This document shows, one piece after another, positions 1 to 9,637 of a DNA stretch of 16,469 nucleotides; the stretch's first letter is position 1; every line of letters starts with the position of its first letter. Origin of the DNA: Octopus sinensis (Eukaryota). The notes under the pieces were generated by a model, which worked only from the letters and a program-made list of their open reading frames with translations, had not been told where the DNA came from and made no database searches. The translations under genes were made by a program, and so were the position numbers. The stretch spans positions 1-16,469 of the forward strand of contig NW_021825172.1 in NCBI RefSeq assembly GCF_006345805.1. Direction: 5' to 3'.

Positions 1-100
1 TTACTATGCATCCGAGGAGAGCGGTGTATTTCAAATTGATGTAATGCTTGCATTGTTCAACTAAATGGAGCCGCGTGAAACGGTCGTAATGCACTAATAA
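1..100 (+). ncRNA. Degenerate type I hammerhead ribozyme motif (Penelope pLTR-like)
   Basis: Stem I TGCAT 7-11/ATGCA 89-93 (extendable to 1/100), core CCGAGGA 12-18 (CUGANGA with U4C), stem II GCGG 21-24/CCGC 71-74, GAAAC 77-81, loop GGTC, GTA 86-88. Confidence 0.6.
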
Positions 101-124
101 CTTGAAATGCTTGTTACTTATTTG

Positions 125-533
125 CTTTACTCTTTTACTCTTTTACTTGTTTCTGTCATTTGACTGCGGCCATGCTGGAGCACCGCCTTTAGTCGAGCAA
201 ATCGACCCCGGGACTTATTCTTTGTAAGCCCAGTACTTATTCTATCGGTCTCTTTTGCCGAACCGCTAGGTGACGTGGACGTAAACACACCAGCATCGGT
301 TGTCAAGCAATGCTAGCGGGACAAACACAGACACACAAACACACACATACATACACACATATATACATATATACGACAGGCTTCTTTCAGTTTCCGTCTA
401 CCAAATCCACTCACAAGGCATTGGTCGGCCCGGGGCTATAGCAGAAGACACTTGCCCAAGGTGCCACGCAGTGGGACTGAACCCGGAACCATGTGGTTGG
501 TTAGCAATCTACTTACCACACAGCCACTCCTGC
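125..533 (-). mobile_element. SINE family A (tRNA-derived, ~410 bp), complete copy
   Basis: Reverse complement aligns end to end with the other copies: A-box-like TGGCTGTGTGG, B-box-like GGTTCAGTCC, internal microsatellite, (GTAAAAGA)n tail. Confidence 0.92.
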
Positions 534-755
534 TTATATATATATATCACATACCAATATATGTGTATGTATACATATTTGAATATTTGTATATAAATAT
601 TAAGTAGACGAAGAGGAATATTGAAAGAACTGTTTGTATTTCGAACATTCGCTCCTCTACGGAAATGAAAAAATTGGGAGAGGAAATTAGGGAGTATAGA
701 ACAATATGTACATAGATAAATAGCGAAATTGATCGACAGACCGACAGACAAATAA

Positions 756-756
<1 letters not shown>

Positions 757-838
<82 letters not shown>
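757..838. repeat. (TAGA)n microsatellite
   Basis: About 20 perfect units. Confidence 0.98.
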
Positions 839-1053
839 TATAGACTGATAAACAAGCCCGTCCACCTAGCTAAGCCTGCATGCATCCTTAGCTAGGTGGA
901 GGTGCTTCTCTCCTCCTTGTAAACATAAGGATACAGGAAATGTGTCAAGACCGACAGGAAGCATTGGTTCTTCCTAGGGCTAAATAGCAGTCGTATGATT
1001 CCCTTCATGGGTTTGTCACATTAAGTTGACAGTATACAACTACTTTACATTCT

Positions 1054-1223
1054 TATATATATATATATATATATATTATATATTGTATGTGTGTGTGTGT
1101 GTTGTGTGTGTGTGGTGTGTATATGTATGTATTATATATGTATGTATGTATGAACATACATGTATATATATATGTGTATTTATACATATATTTACACACA
1201 CACATACACACACAGACACACAC

Positions 1224-1293
<70 letters not shown>
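1054..1293. repeat. Compound (TA)n/(TG)n/(CA)n microsatellite
   Basis: Seen directly; source of several spurious ORFs. Confidence 0.97.
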
Positions 1294-1574
1294 CGAGATC
1301 CCTTGTTCGAATCGTAATCAAACCTCAGACCTTGTTAAATGAACGGAAATCAATTATGTTTGTCCTCTTATTTATTGATTACATCTCTTTGTACTCGTGG
1401 CCGAAGCCAGAAATCGATATTTCCATTTGATTAATGGCGAGAATCGATGAATGAAATTAAGGTTGGTGGCAAATCAAGAATGCGGATCCGTTTCGATCAC
1501 TTAACTTAGTCGGCTTAGACCCCCGGGGAGAAGATAATCACTTTGCTGTAATAAGATTAATGTCAGGAATATAA

Positions 1575-2212
1575 TGTCGTTGTTTAACCCCGGGTCGGCA
1601 CTGATCAAAGACATCATATAACTATGATCAAAAGCTAGTCCTGCCGTCTCTATCCGGTGCATTGTTTTTGACGTAGTCCATCTAAAACTACATTTTCTGA
1701 TGTCTCCTTTGCTGTTGATGTTGTTTAGCCCCCAAGACAATCCTGAATCAGCAGAATTATGATCAAAGTTATTCTTACCGACCTCATCTAACTATATGTG
1801 CTAGGAAAAGTAAGTGTATCTAGAACTACACTAACCAGTGTTTCAATTACACAAATTGTTTAAACGTCTAAGTTCTTCCTGGTCGAGTACATCTATAATG
1901 AAAGATATTACTGACATCCGCATCCAGTAATTGTTATTAGCATAGCGTACCTTAGATTACACTGCACGAAGTGCCTTTCACGCTTGTTTAAACGCCTGGG
2001 CTGCCTCTGAGTAAGATGGTTATTTTCAGTTGTATTCTTCCTGTCACTAATCCAGTAAGTTCTTTTTGGCGTAGATTATCTAACGCTACACCGTCCGATG
2101 TGCCTTTCTTATTGTTAACCATTCAAGATTAATTCTGATTGAACAGACCTTGAGATCAATGACTTCCAAGCTCGGTATATGCATATTTTCGGAGAGTATA
2201 TTTTAGATTAAA
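1575..2212. repeat. Old degenerate tandem repeat, about five units of 128-141 bp
   Basis: TTGTT(T)A anchors at ~1582, 1723, 1858, 1986, 2114. Most units have CTGA...TATGATCAAA-like and ATCTA..ACTACA....GATGTG.CTTT-like blocks. Confidence 0.7.
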
Positions 2213-2250
2213 AAATGAACTTTATCTTTGTTGTTAGTATATTTATTATT

Positions 2251-2334
2251 GAAGGCGGTGAGATGGCAGAATCGTTAGCACGCCGGACTAAATAATTAGC
2301 GGTATTTCGTCCGTCGTTAGGGTCTGAGTTTGAA
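2251..2334 (+). mobile_element. SINE family B head fragment
   Basis: AAGGCGGTGAGATGGCAGAATCGTTAGCACGCCGG...GGTATTTCGTC...CTGAGTT is the reverse complement of the head at 4270-4351. Confidence 0.85.
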
Positions 2335-2384
2335 AGATAAAAGAAGTATGAAAAAAAAACCGCATTATTTATGGGGTGACCCAA

Positions 2385-2665
2385 TATGTATGAGTGTTTG
2401 TGCGCCTCTGTGTGTTTCTGTATGTATGTCTCTGTTAGTCCCCCATCACAGCTTGACCACCGGTGTTAGCGTGTTTCCGTCCACTAAGCTTAGCAGTTTG
2501 GTAAAAATAACAAACAAAACGCACACACAAAAAAAAAAAAAACATACTGGCAGAATAAGTACGAAGCATTAACAGAGTAAGAACTGGGGTCGATTCATTC
2601 TTCAAGGTGATGCTCCAGTATGGCCGCAGACTAATGACTGAAACAAGCAAAGGACAAAACAGATA
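2385..2665 (+). mobile_element. Old, diverged 3' half of a family A-related SINE
   Basis: GTCCCCCATCACAGCTTGACCACCGGTGTT, CTTAGCAGTTTGG, AGAATAAGTAC, GGGGTCGATT and GCTCCAGTATGGCCGCAG..AATGACTGAAACAAG are collinear with family A. Confidence 0.8.
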
Positions 2666-3015
2666 AATGCATAAGAAAATAGAAACCAGCGCCCACTGCA
2701 TTGCCTGTAACTAAGATATATCATGAATATTCAGAGATCGTCCTTTGAGGCCTATGATCGCCGATGCTCGCAGGAATAGCACCTGAAGAGATCAATTGAG
2801 AGTGCGAACGTCCAATTGATCAGCAGTTTATAGAAGAAGATCAAAGACAAAATGCTATGATATGAAAGAATACATATTTTATCGAACCTTGACAACATGA
2901 AACACAAATTAAACCCGACGGGGTTTGTCAATTTGGTAAAGTAAATTTCCATGACTAAGCACTTAATGTACAATTTTCTGGCACACAACCAGTTCTTTCA
3001 ATGCCCGGCTCCACA

Positions 3016-3062
3016 ACTACTACTACTACTACTACTACTACTATTACTACCACCACCACCAA

Positions 3063-3104
<42 letters not shown>

Positions 3105-3106
3105 AG

Positions 3107-3137
<31 letters not shown>

Positions 3138-3154
3138 AGCTACTACTACTACTG

Positions 3155-3192
<38 letters not shown>

Positions 3193-3305
3193 GTTGTTTT
3201 GCTGCTGCTGCTCCTACCACTAGCACTATTACTACAACTACTACTACTGCAGCTGCTGCTAGAACAACAACAACAACAACAACAACTACTACTACTACTA
3301 CTACT
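3016..3305. repeat. (CTA)n microsatellite with (CCA), (CTG) and (CAA) interruptions
   Basis: Seen directly; produces the poly-T and poly-L pseudo-ORFs. Confidence 0.97.
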
Positions 3306-3319
3306 TGGCCAGTCTTACC

Positions 3320-3535
3320 CATTTCTCGGTATGACTGGCCACCCGGTCCGCCACCTCGTCCCAGTTGTTATCAACCTGGGGGTCGGGGCCAAATGAGACA
3401 CCAGACAGTGTCCGCCGACGCCGTCCCATGGCATCGCCCTACGTCTCCAGGAGCCCAACCACAAACCCACCAATTTGTCGGCGTTGATTTTAGCCCCTGC
3501 AACCGACTCATATTCCTTGAGGATGGTGCCGAGAT
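3320..3535 (-). pseudogene. Fragment of a related Tx1-type RT (end of RT domain)
   Basis: LKEYESVAGAKINADKLVGLWLGSWRRRAMP aligns with ORF2 IKSYEAVAGAKVNKNKSVGLQLGNWRGKLMP. After a frameshift, GVSFGPDPQVDNNWDEVADRVASHTEKW aligns with GVWFGPDLQIEKNWSEVAGKVTALTQTW. Confidence 0.9.
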
Positions 3536-3539
3536 AATA

Positions 3540-3626
3540 ATCTTTTCTACTTTCAACTGAGTACGAATGAAATACAACCAAGCATTTTGTCCGGCGCTGC
3601 ATTGATTCTGCTAGCTCGGGCCGTCG
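3540..3626 (-). mobile_element. SINE family B, internally deleted and decayed copy
   Basis: Tail ATCTTTTCTACT is joined almost directly to the head GAAATAC..AAGCATTTTGTCCGGCG..GATTCTGCTAGCTC. Confidence 0.6.
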
Positions 3627-3660
3627 AATAATAATAATAATAATAAACACGAGCAACAAC

Positions 3661-3872
3661 AATAATAATAATCTTTCCTACTACAGACACCAGGACTGAA
3701 ATTTGGGGACGGGGCGGTACTCGATAACATAGATCCCCAGTACTCAACTGGTACTTATTTTATCGATCTCGAAATGAGGAAAGGCAAAGTCGACTCCGGC
3801 GGAGTTTTAACTCAGAACCTAAAGACGGACGAAATATCGCTAAGCATTTAGTCCGCCGTGCTAACGATTCTG
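3661..3872 (-). mobile_element. SINE family B monomer copy
   Basis: Collinear with 3955-4119 and 4183-4351: GAAATTTGGGG, CCCCAGTAC..AACTGGTACTT, AAAGGCAAAGTCGAC, AACTCAGAAC, GTGCTAACGATTCTG. Confidence 0.85.
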
Positions 3873-3954
3873 ACTAACAACAACAACAACACCAACAACA
3901 ACAACAACAATAATAATAAATATATTAATAGGAACAACAGTGCTTTACAATATA

Positions 3955-4351
3955 CTTTTCTACTCTAGGCACAAGGCCCGAAATTTTGGGGGAGGGGGCC
4001 AGTCGATTAGATCGACTCCAGTACGCAATTGCTACTTCATTTATCGACCCTGAAAGAATGAAAGGCAAAGTCGACCCCGCCAGAATTTGAACTCAGAACG
4101 TAAAGACAGACGAAATACCTATTTCTTTACTACCCACAAGGGGCTAAGCACAGAGATGACAAACAAGGACAGAAAACGGATTAAGTCGATTATACCGACC
4201 CCAGTGTGTAACTGGTACTTATTTAATCGACCCCGAATGGATGAAAGGCAAAGTCGACTTCAACGGAATTTGAACTCAGGAAGTAACAGCAGACGAAATA
4301 CGGCTACGCATTTCGCCCGGCGTGCTAACGATTCAGCCAGCTCGCCGCCTT
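3955..4351 (-). mobile_element. SINE family B, dimeric/composite copy
   Basis: The block AGTCGATTA...TCGACCC...GAAAGGCAAAGTCGAC...GAATTTGAACTCAG...CAGACGAAATAC occurs twice (~4001-4119 and ~4183-4301) with different tails. B-box GAGTTCAAATTC on the minus strand. Confidence 0.88.
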
Positions 4352-4884
4352 CAATAATAAAAATACTAACAACAACAACAATAATAAAAATATCAATCAT
4401 AACTCTAGTGCTTTACAATATAACCATAAAAACAACGCGTTCGTGGGAGCGTATACGATCGATTATAATGAACGCAGTATCGGTCCTTTATGGGTCGTGT
4501 TAAATATAGCGCTGCAAGTGCAGTGTTTAATTTTCATCGATCAAATTAATTCTTCCCCCTCTGCTCGTTGATTTAACTAGTAATTATATAAATTTTGATG
4601 TTTCCTTGTCGTGTAATATCGTAATTCTAATAATGCATTGCAAGAAATTTGTCAATTTGATTTTTTAATTTTTTATTTTTACCCGTTATTTCACCTTCCA
4701 TTAAAAATTTCTTTAATATTATAAAATATCACTATTAATATTCATAAAAGTACTTGATATACCAACGCGAAAGAGCAATAAATAAATGAATGAACGAATG
4801 AAAAAAACAAATAAATATATATATAAATAAATGAATAACGAAAAAAATAATATGAATGTTTCATCAACAAAGTTTACGAATATA

Positions 4885-5265
4885 GGCGCAGGAGTGGCTG
4901 TGTGGTAAGTAGCTTGTTCAGTCCCATTGCGTGGCACCTTGTCTTCTACTATAGCCTCGGGCCGACCAAAGCCTTGTGAGTGGATTTGGTAGACGGAAAC
5001 TGGAAGAAGCCCGTCGTATATATGTATATATGTATATATGTATGTGTTTGTGTGTCTGTGTTTGTCCCCCAGCATTGCTTGACAACCGATGCTGGTGTGT
5101 TTACGTCCCCGTTACTTAGCGGTTCGTCAAAAGAGACCGATAGAATAAGTACTGGGCTTAGAAAGAATAAGTCCCGGGGTCGATTTGCTCGACTAAAGGC
5201 GGTGCTCCAACATGGCCACAATCCATGATTGAAACAAGTAAACAAGTAAAAGAGTAAAAGAGTAA
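4885..5265 (+). mobile_element. SINE family A copy with two short deletions in the head
   Basis: Starts GGCGCAGGAGTGGCTGTGTGG and ends in (GTAAAAGA)n. Lacks about 23 nt before GTTCAGTCCC and about 9 nt of CCTTGGGCAAGTGTC relative to the other copies. Confidence 0.92.
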
Positions 5266-6087
5266 TAGGAAAAAAATAAGACTAAAGACAAACAAATAAA
5301 GTAATAAACAATATTCTTGATGTGACCATCCTACACTAGGATATATCACTATTAACAGTTCTCTATTATTTTGGTCCTGAAGAAATGAGTAACACATCAC
5401 ATTTAATTAATTTATTATGTATGCTGACTATGTAATTATGTAAAGGATAACTCTGTATTCCATTGAGACAGTAACCGAAACATTTGAGTTATGAATCGTA
5501 TGTAAGAACATACGCGCTTCCGCTGTTTTCTAATTTAAATATTGATGTTTATGATATTTACAGTCCCAGGGAAATTCAACATTTCTTTTTTTCTTGTTAA
5601 CTGCTCTTGTTACAGTATCGTTTCGCAAGTTTATTGACCTTTATAATACTCTGTTATAATATTAACGATTTAGATTTTATCAGCATTTTTATTCCATTGC
5701 TAAATTTGTTTAAAACGGAACGCTCGACCCTGATTCGTTGTCAAAAATTTCAGTTTTCTTCGAATTGAGATCGATCCCCATTACTTATTGTATGAGTCAG
5801 ACCATTATATTATATTAGGACGTAAAGAAACAAACACCGCAATCCAAACTGCGGGCAGACAAACACAATGTATATGAAATCTTACATACATACATATGTA
5901 CAGATTAGTTACAGAATTCTTTAGAATGTAGTCACCTCAACACGTAAGACTCCAGGACTAGGTTGGTACCATAACATTGAGATCACAGTTGTGGAATAAC
6001 CACCATTACGTAGGGGGTCATATGTTAGTAGTGTACTGCTAAGCATCTATTTATTAAAGTGGAGATATAAGAAAAGCCATTCTATAC

Positions 6088-6089
<2 letters not shown>

Positions 6090-6144
<55 letters not shown>
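6090..6144. repeat. (TA)n microsatellite
   Basis: Seen directly; abuts the 3' end of the CR1-like relic. Confidence 0.95.
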
Positions 6145-6731
6145 TAGCTGATATGTGGCATTTGGTAAATTACGGATTTTGATGTAGCTTTTCTCATCTG
6201 TGTTTCCTGCCTCGAGGTAGGTTTATTTAGAGCTCTTGACGGGAGATACAGTTTTGTTTTGGAAACCCCTCCATCTACCCCGTGTAGTTCTCTTGGACTT
6301 TTTAGGAGGTTATTGAAGAGCTGTGGGTACTTGGCAGTATCTCGTTCTATGTACTGATGGCAATTATTTTCGATTTAGGTACAATTTAGTGGCGCCCCAT
6401 TCTAGTGTTTCCGTAACCTCCAAGGATTTTCCAGATGCATGTCACGACATATATTTCCCGCTTTCGTTCGAGAGAGTAGAGTCTTTCATTTTCCAGCTTC
6501 TCCCAGCAGCTACCTTACTCTTTACTCTTTTACTCTTTTACCTGTTTCAGTCATTTGACTGCGGCCATGCTGGTGCACCGCCTTTACTCGAGCAAATCCC
6601 CCCCAGGACTTATTCTTTCTAAGCCTAGTACTTATTCTATCGGTCTCTTTTTGCCGAACCGCTAAGTTACGGGGACATAAACACACCAGCATCAGTTGTC
6701 AAGCGATGTTGGGGGACAAACAGACACACAA

Positions 6732-6764
<33 letters not shown>

Positions 6765-7029
6765 ATATACGACGGGCTTCTTTCAGTTTCCGTCTACCAG
6801 ATCCACTCGCAAGGCTTTGGTCGGCCCGAGGCTATAGTAGAAGACACTTGCCCAAGGTGCCACGCAGTGGGACTGAACCCGGAACCATGTGGTTGGTAAG
6901 CAAGCTACTTACCACACAGCCACCTTGTCTCAATTGAGACGATCTTCTTTGTGTAAGATTCGCTAGAATTGCTTCGAGTTCCGTCGTTTATTTCACACTG
7001 TTTGGTGACCCTATTTGAGAGCAGTAGTT
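6144..7029 (-). pseudogene. Decayed 3' part of a CR1/L2-like (jockey superfamily) LINE ORF2, interrupted by a SINE
   Basis: Manual minus-strand translation across stops and shifts: NYCSQIGSP..ELEAI..YTKKI [SINE] SCWEKLENERLYSLERKREIYVVTCIWKILGG...PQLFNNL..RELHGVDGGVSKTKL. This matches the YCS-x2-WSP, LE-x2-QR and L-x-SLERRR pattern found downstream of RT in CR1-type elements. Confidence 0.75.
6514..6923 (-). mobile_element. SINE family A copy inserted in a CR1-like LINE relic
   Basis: Full-length match to family A. Flanked by CAGCTACCTT (6507-6516) and CAGCCACCTT (6917-6926). Confidence 0.92.
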
Positions 7030-7539
7030 TATTTAGTCTCTTTGTTGTCTGTGAATTTTTCATTATTATTTATACTTATAACTCTATTGCTTTATAAACG
7101 CCTTCTGTATTTTTTCAGGGCTTTTATTATATCAGTTTAATTTGCTCCTATTCTCTCCTTGCTGCATACGTGGGCCGTTTAATAATCATTATTGTAATTG
7201 CTATGTATATTATTATTATTATTTTGCGGCATTTTTAATTGGATTTTTATACTTTTTTATTTATATATAGATTCTCCTATTGTGTTTTGTTTTTATTTTC
7301 AATTCTTTTCATTATGGCGCTTCTGAGGTTATTTCCTTGTGGTTTCAGTATTTGTTTTTGTTTGTGTAGTTTTTCTGTTGTTATGTTTTCCTCTTCGTTA
7401 AATTTCCTTTAGTTATTGATATCTGCCGATAATGGAGTTCTTTTGTCATTGCAGGTCGATTGATTATCGATCGACGTAGGTATGTATGTACCTACTTACT
7501 CGCATACCTACCGAGCGACTTATTTATCTAATGACCTCC

Positions 7540-7671
7540 ATATATATATATATATATATAAAGTTAATCCAAACAAAAAAACAAAAAGACAACAACGCGA
7601 GGATGTGGAACAAATAAGGTATTATTGGACGCTCAGGAAAGAAGGGAAGAAGGAGGAGGGTATATTGACCC

Positions 7672-7709
<38 letters not shown>

Positions 7710-7795
7710 GTATATATATTTATTTATATATATATATCACATGTACTTATGTACATGCATATACACATACATACATATATATATGTATGTATAAA
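7540..7795. repeat. (TA)n-rich tracts flanking a ~110 bp purine-rich segment
   Basis: (TA)n at 7540-7560 and 7674-7737, with non-microsatellite sequence at 7561-7673 between them. Confidence 0.85.
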
Positions 7796-8770
7796 TAAAT
7801 TTCTATTAAGCTTGAATTTCACAAATTGCACACGTGGGATTCACAAGCAGAGAAATATATATAAAACACCGATTTTTATGTTTATATAGGAAATAAATAA
7901 CCGTTGAATATGATATATAGACAAGACAAATAATAGAAGATAAAAAAATGACAGCAGCATTTGATTAATTTGAGACGTTTAACATTATTGGAGAAGGTTT
8001 ACCAGCATTCAACCGTTAAACATTTTGAAATATTTGAACAAAACTTTCCATTTATGATAGCTGCGATGTATCAGCTCTTATCGATTATTAAGGATGCCTT
8101 CTTCACTAGATGTAAACGTATATCCATTCTTTTAAAGCTATACAGATCATACTCATCGTTTATCTGAGTTTAAGTTTCGACGTATTATTATATTTTAAAA
8201 ATGATATTAAAATTTGCTGATACGCTATTAAAAAACATTTTCAGATATGCTTTGACATATTTGATATCTTTCCAGATATCCGAAAACTATAGATGTGGTG
8301 ATTAAATCTTAACTTAAAAGGACTTTCAGTGAAAAGGTTGATACATTCTTTTGACAGCGATTCGCTTGCTTGTAAATATTTTCTCACAATATGCAATCGA
8401 AGTAGAAAGACATAAATTATTTAAGAGACATTCTAGCGGATTAAAACAATTGCACAAATGGGAAAGATTAACTTGCGATAGATAACTATCTTAGATTCTG
8501 CAATTAATATTTGCTATTTCTGCAGCAACATTTGTGTACACGTTAAATTAATTTAACATTATTTTTATGGAAAGAAAACGCTTGTAATATTTATGGTTTT
8601 TCGGAAAACTTTTTATCTAATAGATGAAAGAAATGTTTCGTGTTATTCGTACGCACATTAAGATTAATCAGAGTATTGTATCAAACAATTTTACGTTTTC
8701 CAAATGAAGCGTTAAAATGCAATGGCTTCAAGGATGCGGTTAATTACATACATACTAAAATTTTATGATT

Positions 8771-9393
8771 TAAGCACAAGGCCAACAAAGTTTAAGGCTT
8801 ACTCTTTACTCTTTACTCTTTGCTCTTTTACTTGTTTCAGTCATTTGACTGTGGCCATGCTGGAGCACCGCCTTTCGTCGAGCAACTCGACCCCGGGACT
8901 TATTCTTTTGTAAGCCTAGTACTTATTATATCCGTTTCTTTTGCCGAACCGCTAAGTGACGGGGACATGAACACACCAGCATCGGTTGTCAAGCAATGCT
9001 AGGGGGACAAACACAGACACACAAACACACACGCACACACACACACATATATATATATATATACATATATACGACGGGCTTCTTTCAGTTTCCGTCTACC
9101 AAATCCACTGACAAGGCTTTGGTTTGACCGAGGCTATAGTAGAAGTCACTTGCCCAAGGTGCCACGCAGTGGGACTGAACCCGAAACCATGTGGTTGCTA
9201 AGGAAGCTACTTACCACACAGCCACGGTATTTTTAACCCCAGCATTTCAAGGCTAATTAATATAACCGAAACCCAGAAGAATACAAATCCCAAAAATAAA
9301 TTGTCTTTAGAAAGGTGATTTGGAACGTAAAGAGCCTGATCGAATGCGACCAAACATTTTTTGAAGCCCTAACGATTCTGCTAATTCAGCGGC
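8771..9393 (-). mobile_element. Highly decayed family B copy split by the family A SINE at 8798-9225
   Basis: Left flank TAAGCACAAGGCC..AAAGTTT resembles TAGGCACAAGGCCCGAAATTTT. Right flank has GAACGTAAAGA, AAACATTTT and CTAACGATTCTGC in family B order. Confidence 0.6.
8798..9225 (-). mobile_element. SINE family A copy
   Basis: Full-length match to family A, with tail (CTTTACT)n on the + strand and head ending ACCACACAGCCAC. Confidence 0.92.
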
Positions 9394-9606
9394 CCAAAAT
9401 CGTAAAAGAGATTACGAAAAAAAAATGGGGGGAAGGAAATGAGAAAAAGATGGACATGGTAAGAATTAAGGATTTCATTGATTAGACGATATCGAAGAGG
9501 ATATTCAAACAAGAGAAGCGACAAAAAGTACTCGGAAAAAAGAGACTGGATTGTGAAGAGAGTGCAACATATTATACTGCACTCCAGCGTTGCAGTACTT
9601 GTGTAA

Positions 9607-9637
9607 GAGTGGCTGTGTGGTAAGTAGCTCGCTAACC
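9607..9637 (+). mobile_element. SINE family A, 5' piece of the copy interrupted by the LINE
   Basis: GAGTGGCTGTGTGGTAAGTAGCTCGCTAACC matches the head of the other family A copies (e.g. 4892-4915). Confidence 0.9.

Noticed and set aside
300-1430. Many short ORFs with YLSI, CV and HT repeats
   Set aside because: Translations of SINE and microsatellite sequence.
1575-2212. CRISPR-like array
   Set aside because: Eukaryotic context, long degenerate units and no cas genes.
2783-2826. CTGAAGA followed by a 9-bp stem GATCAATTG/CAATTGATC (half hammerhead)
   Set aside because: Followed by AGCAG rather than GAAA, and no stem I or III.
2686-2850. Possible very old LINE ORF relic (SAH...LRP...LAGIAPEEI)
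   Set aside because: Short match across stops and shifts; needs a profile search.
2951-3396. Poly-Leu / poly-Thr ORFs resembling mucin or membrane proteins
   Set aside because: (CTA)n microsatellite read in open frames.
7455-7479. Possible 25-nt micro-exon (TTGCAG / GTATGT)
   Set aside because: Borders microsatellite-like sequence and has no supporting exons or transcript evidence.
7561-7673. Segment between (TA)n tracts recalling a Penelope-associated repeat
   Set aside because: Based on memory only; no hammerhead core or ORF here.
7961-8167. 68-aa ORF faintly like a hAT transposase dimerisation region
   Set aside because: The key ER-x-FS motif is absent and no terminal inverted repeats are seen.
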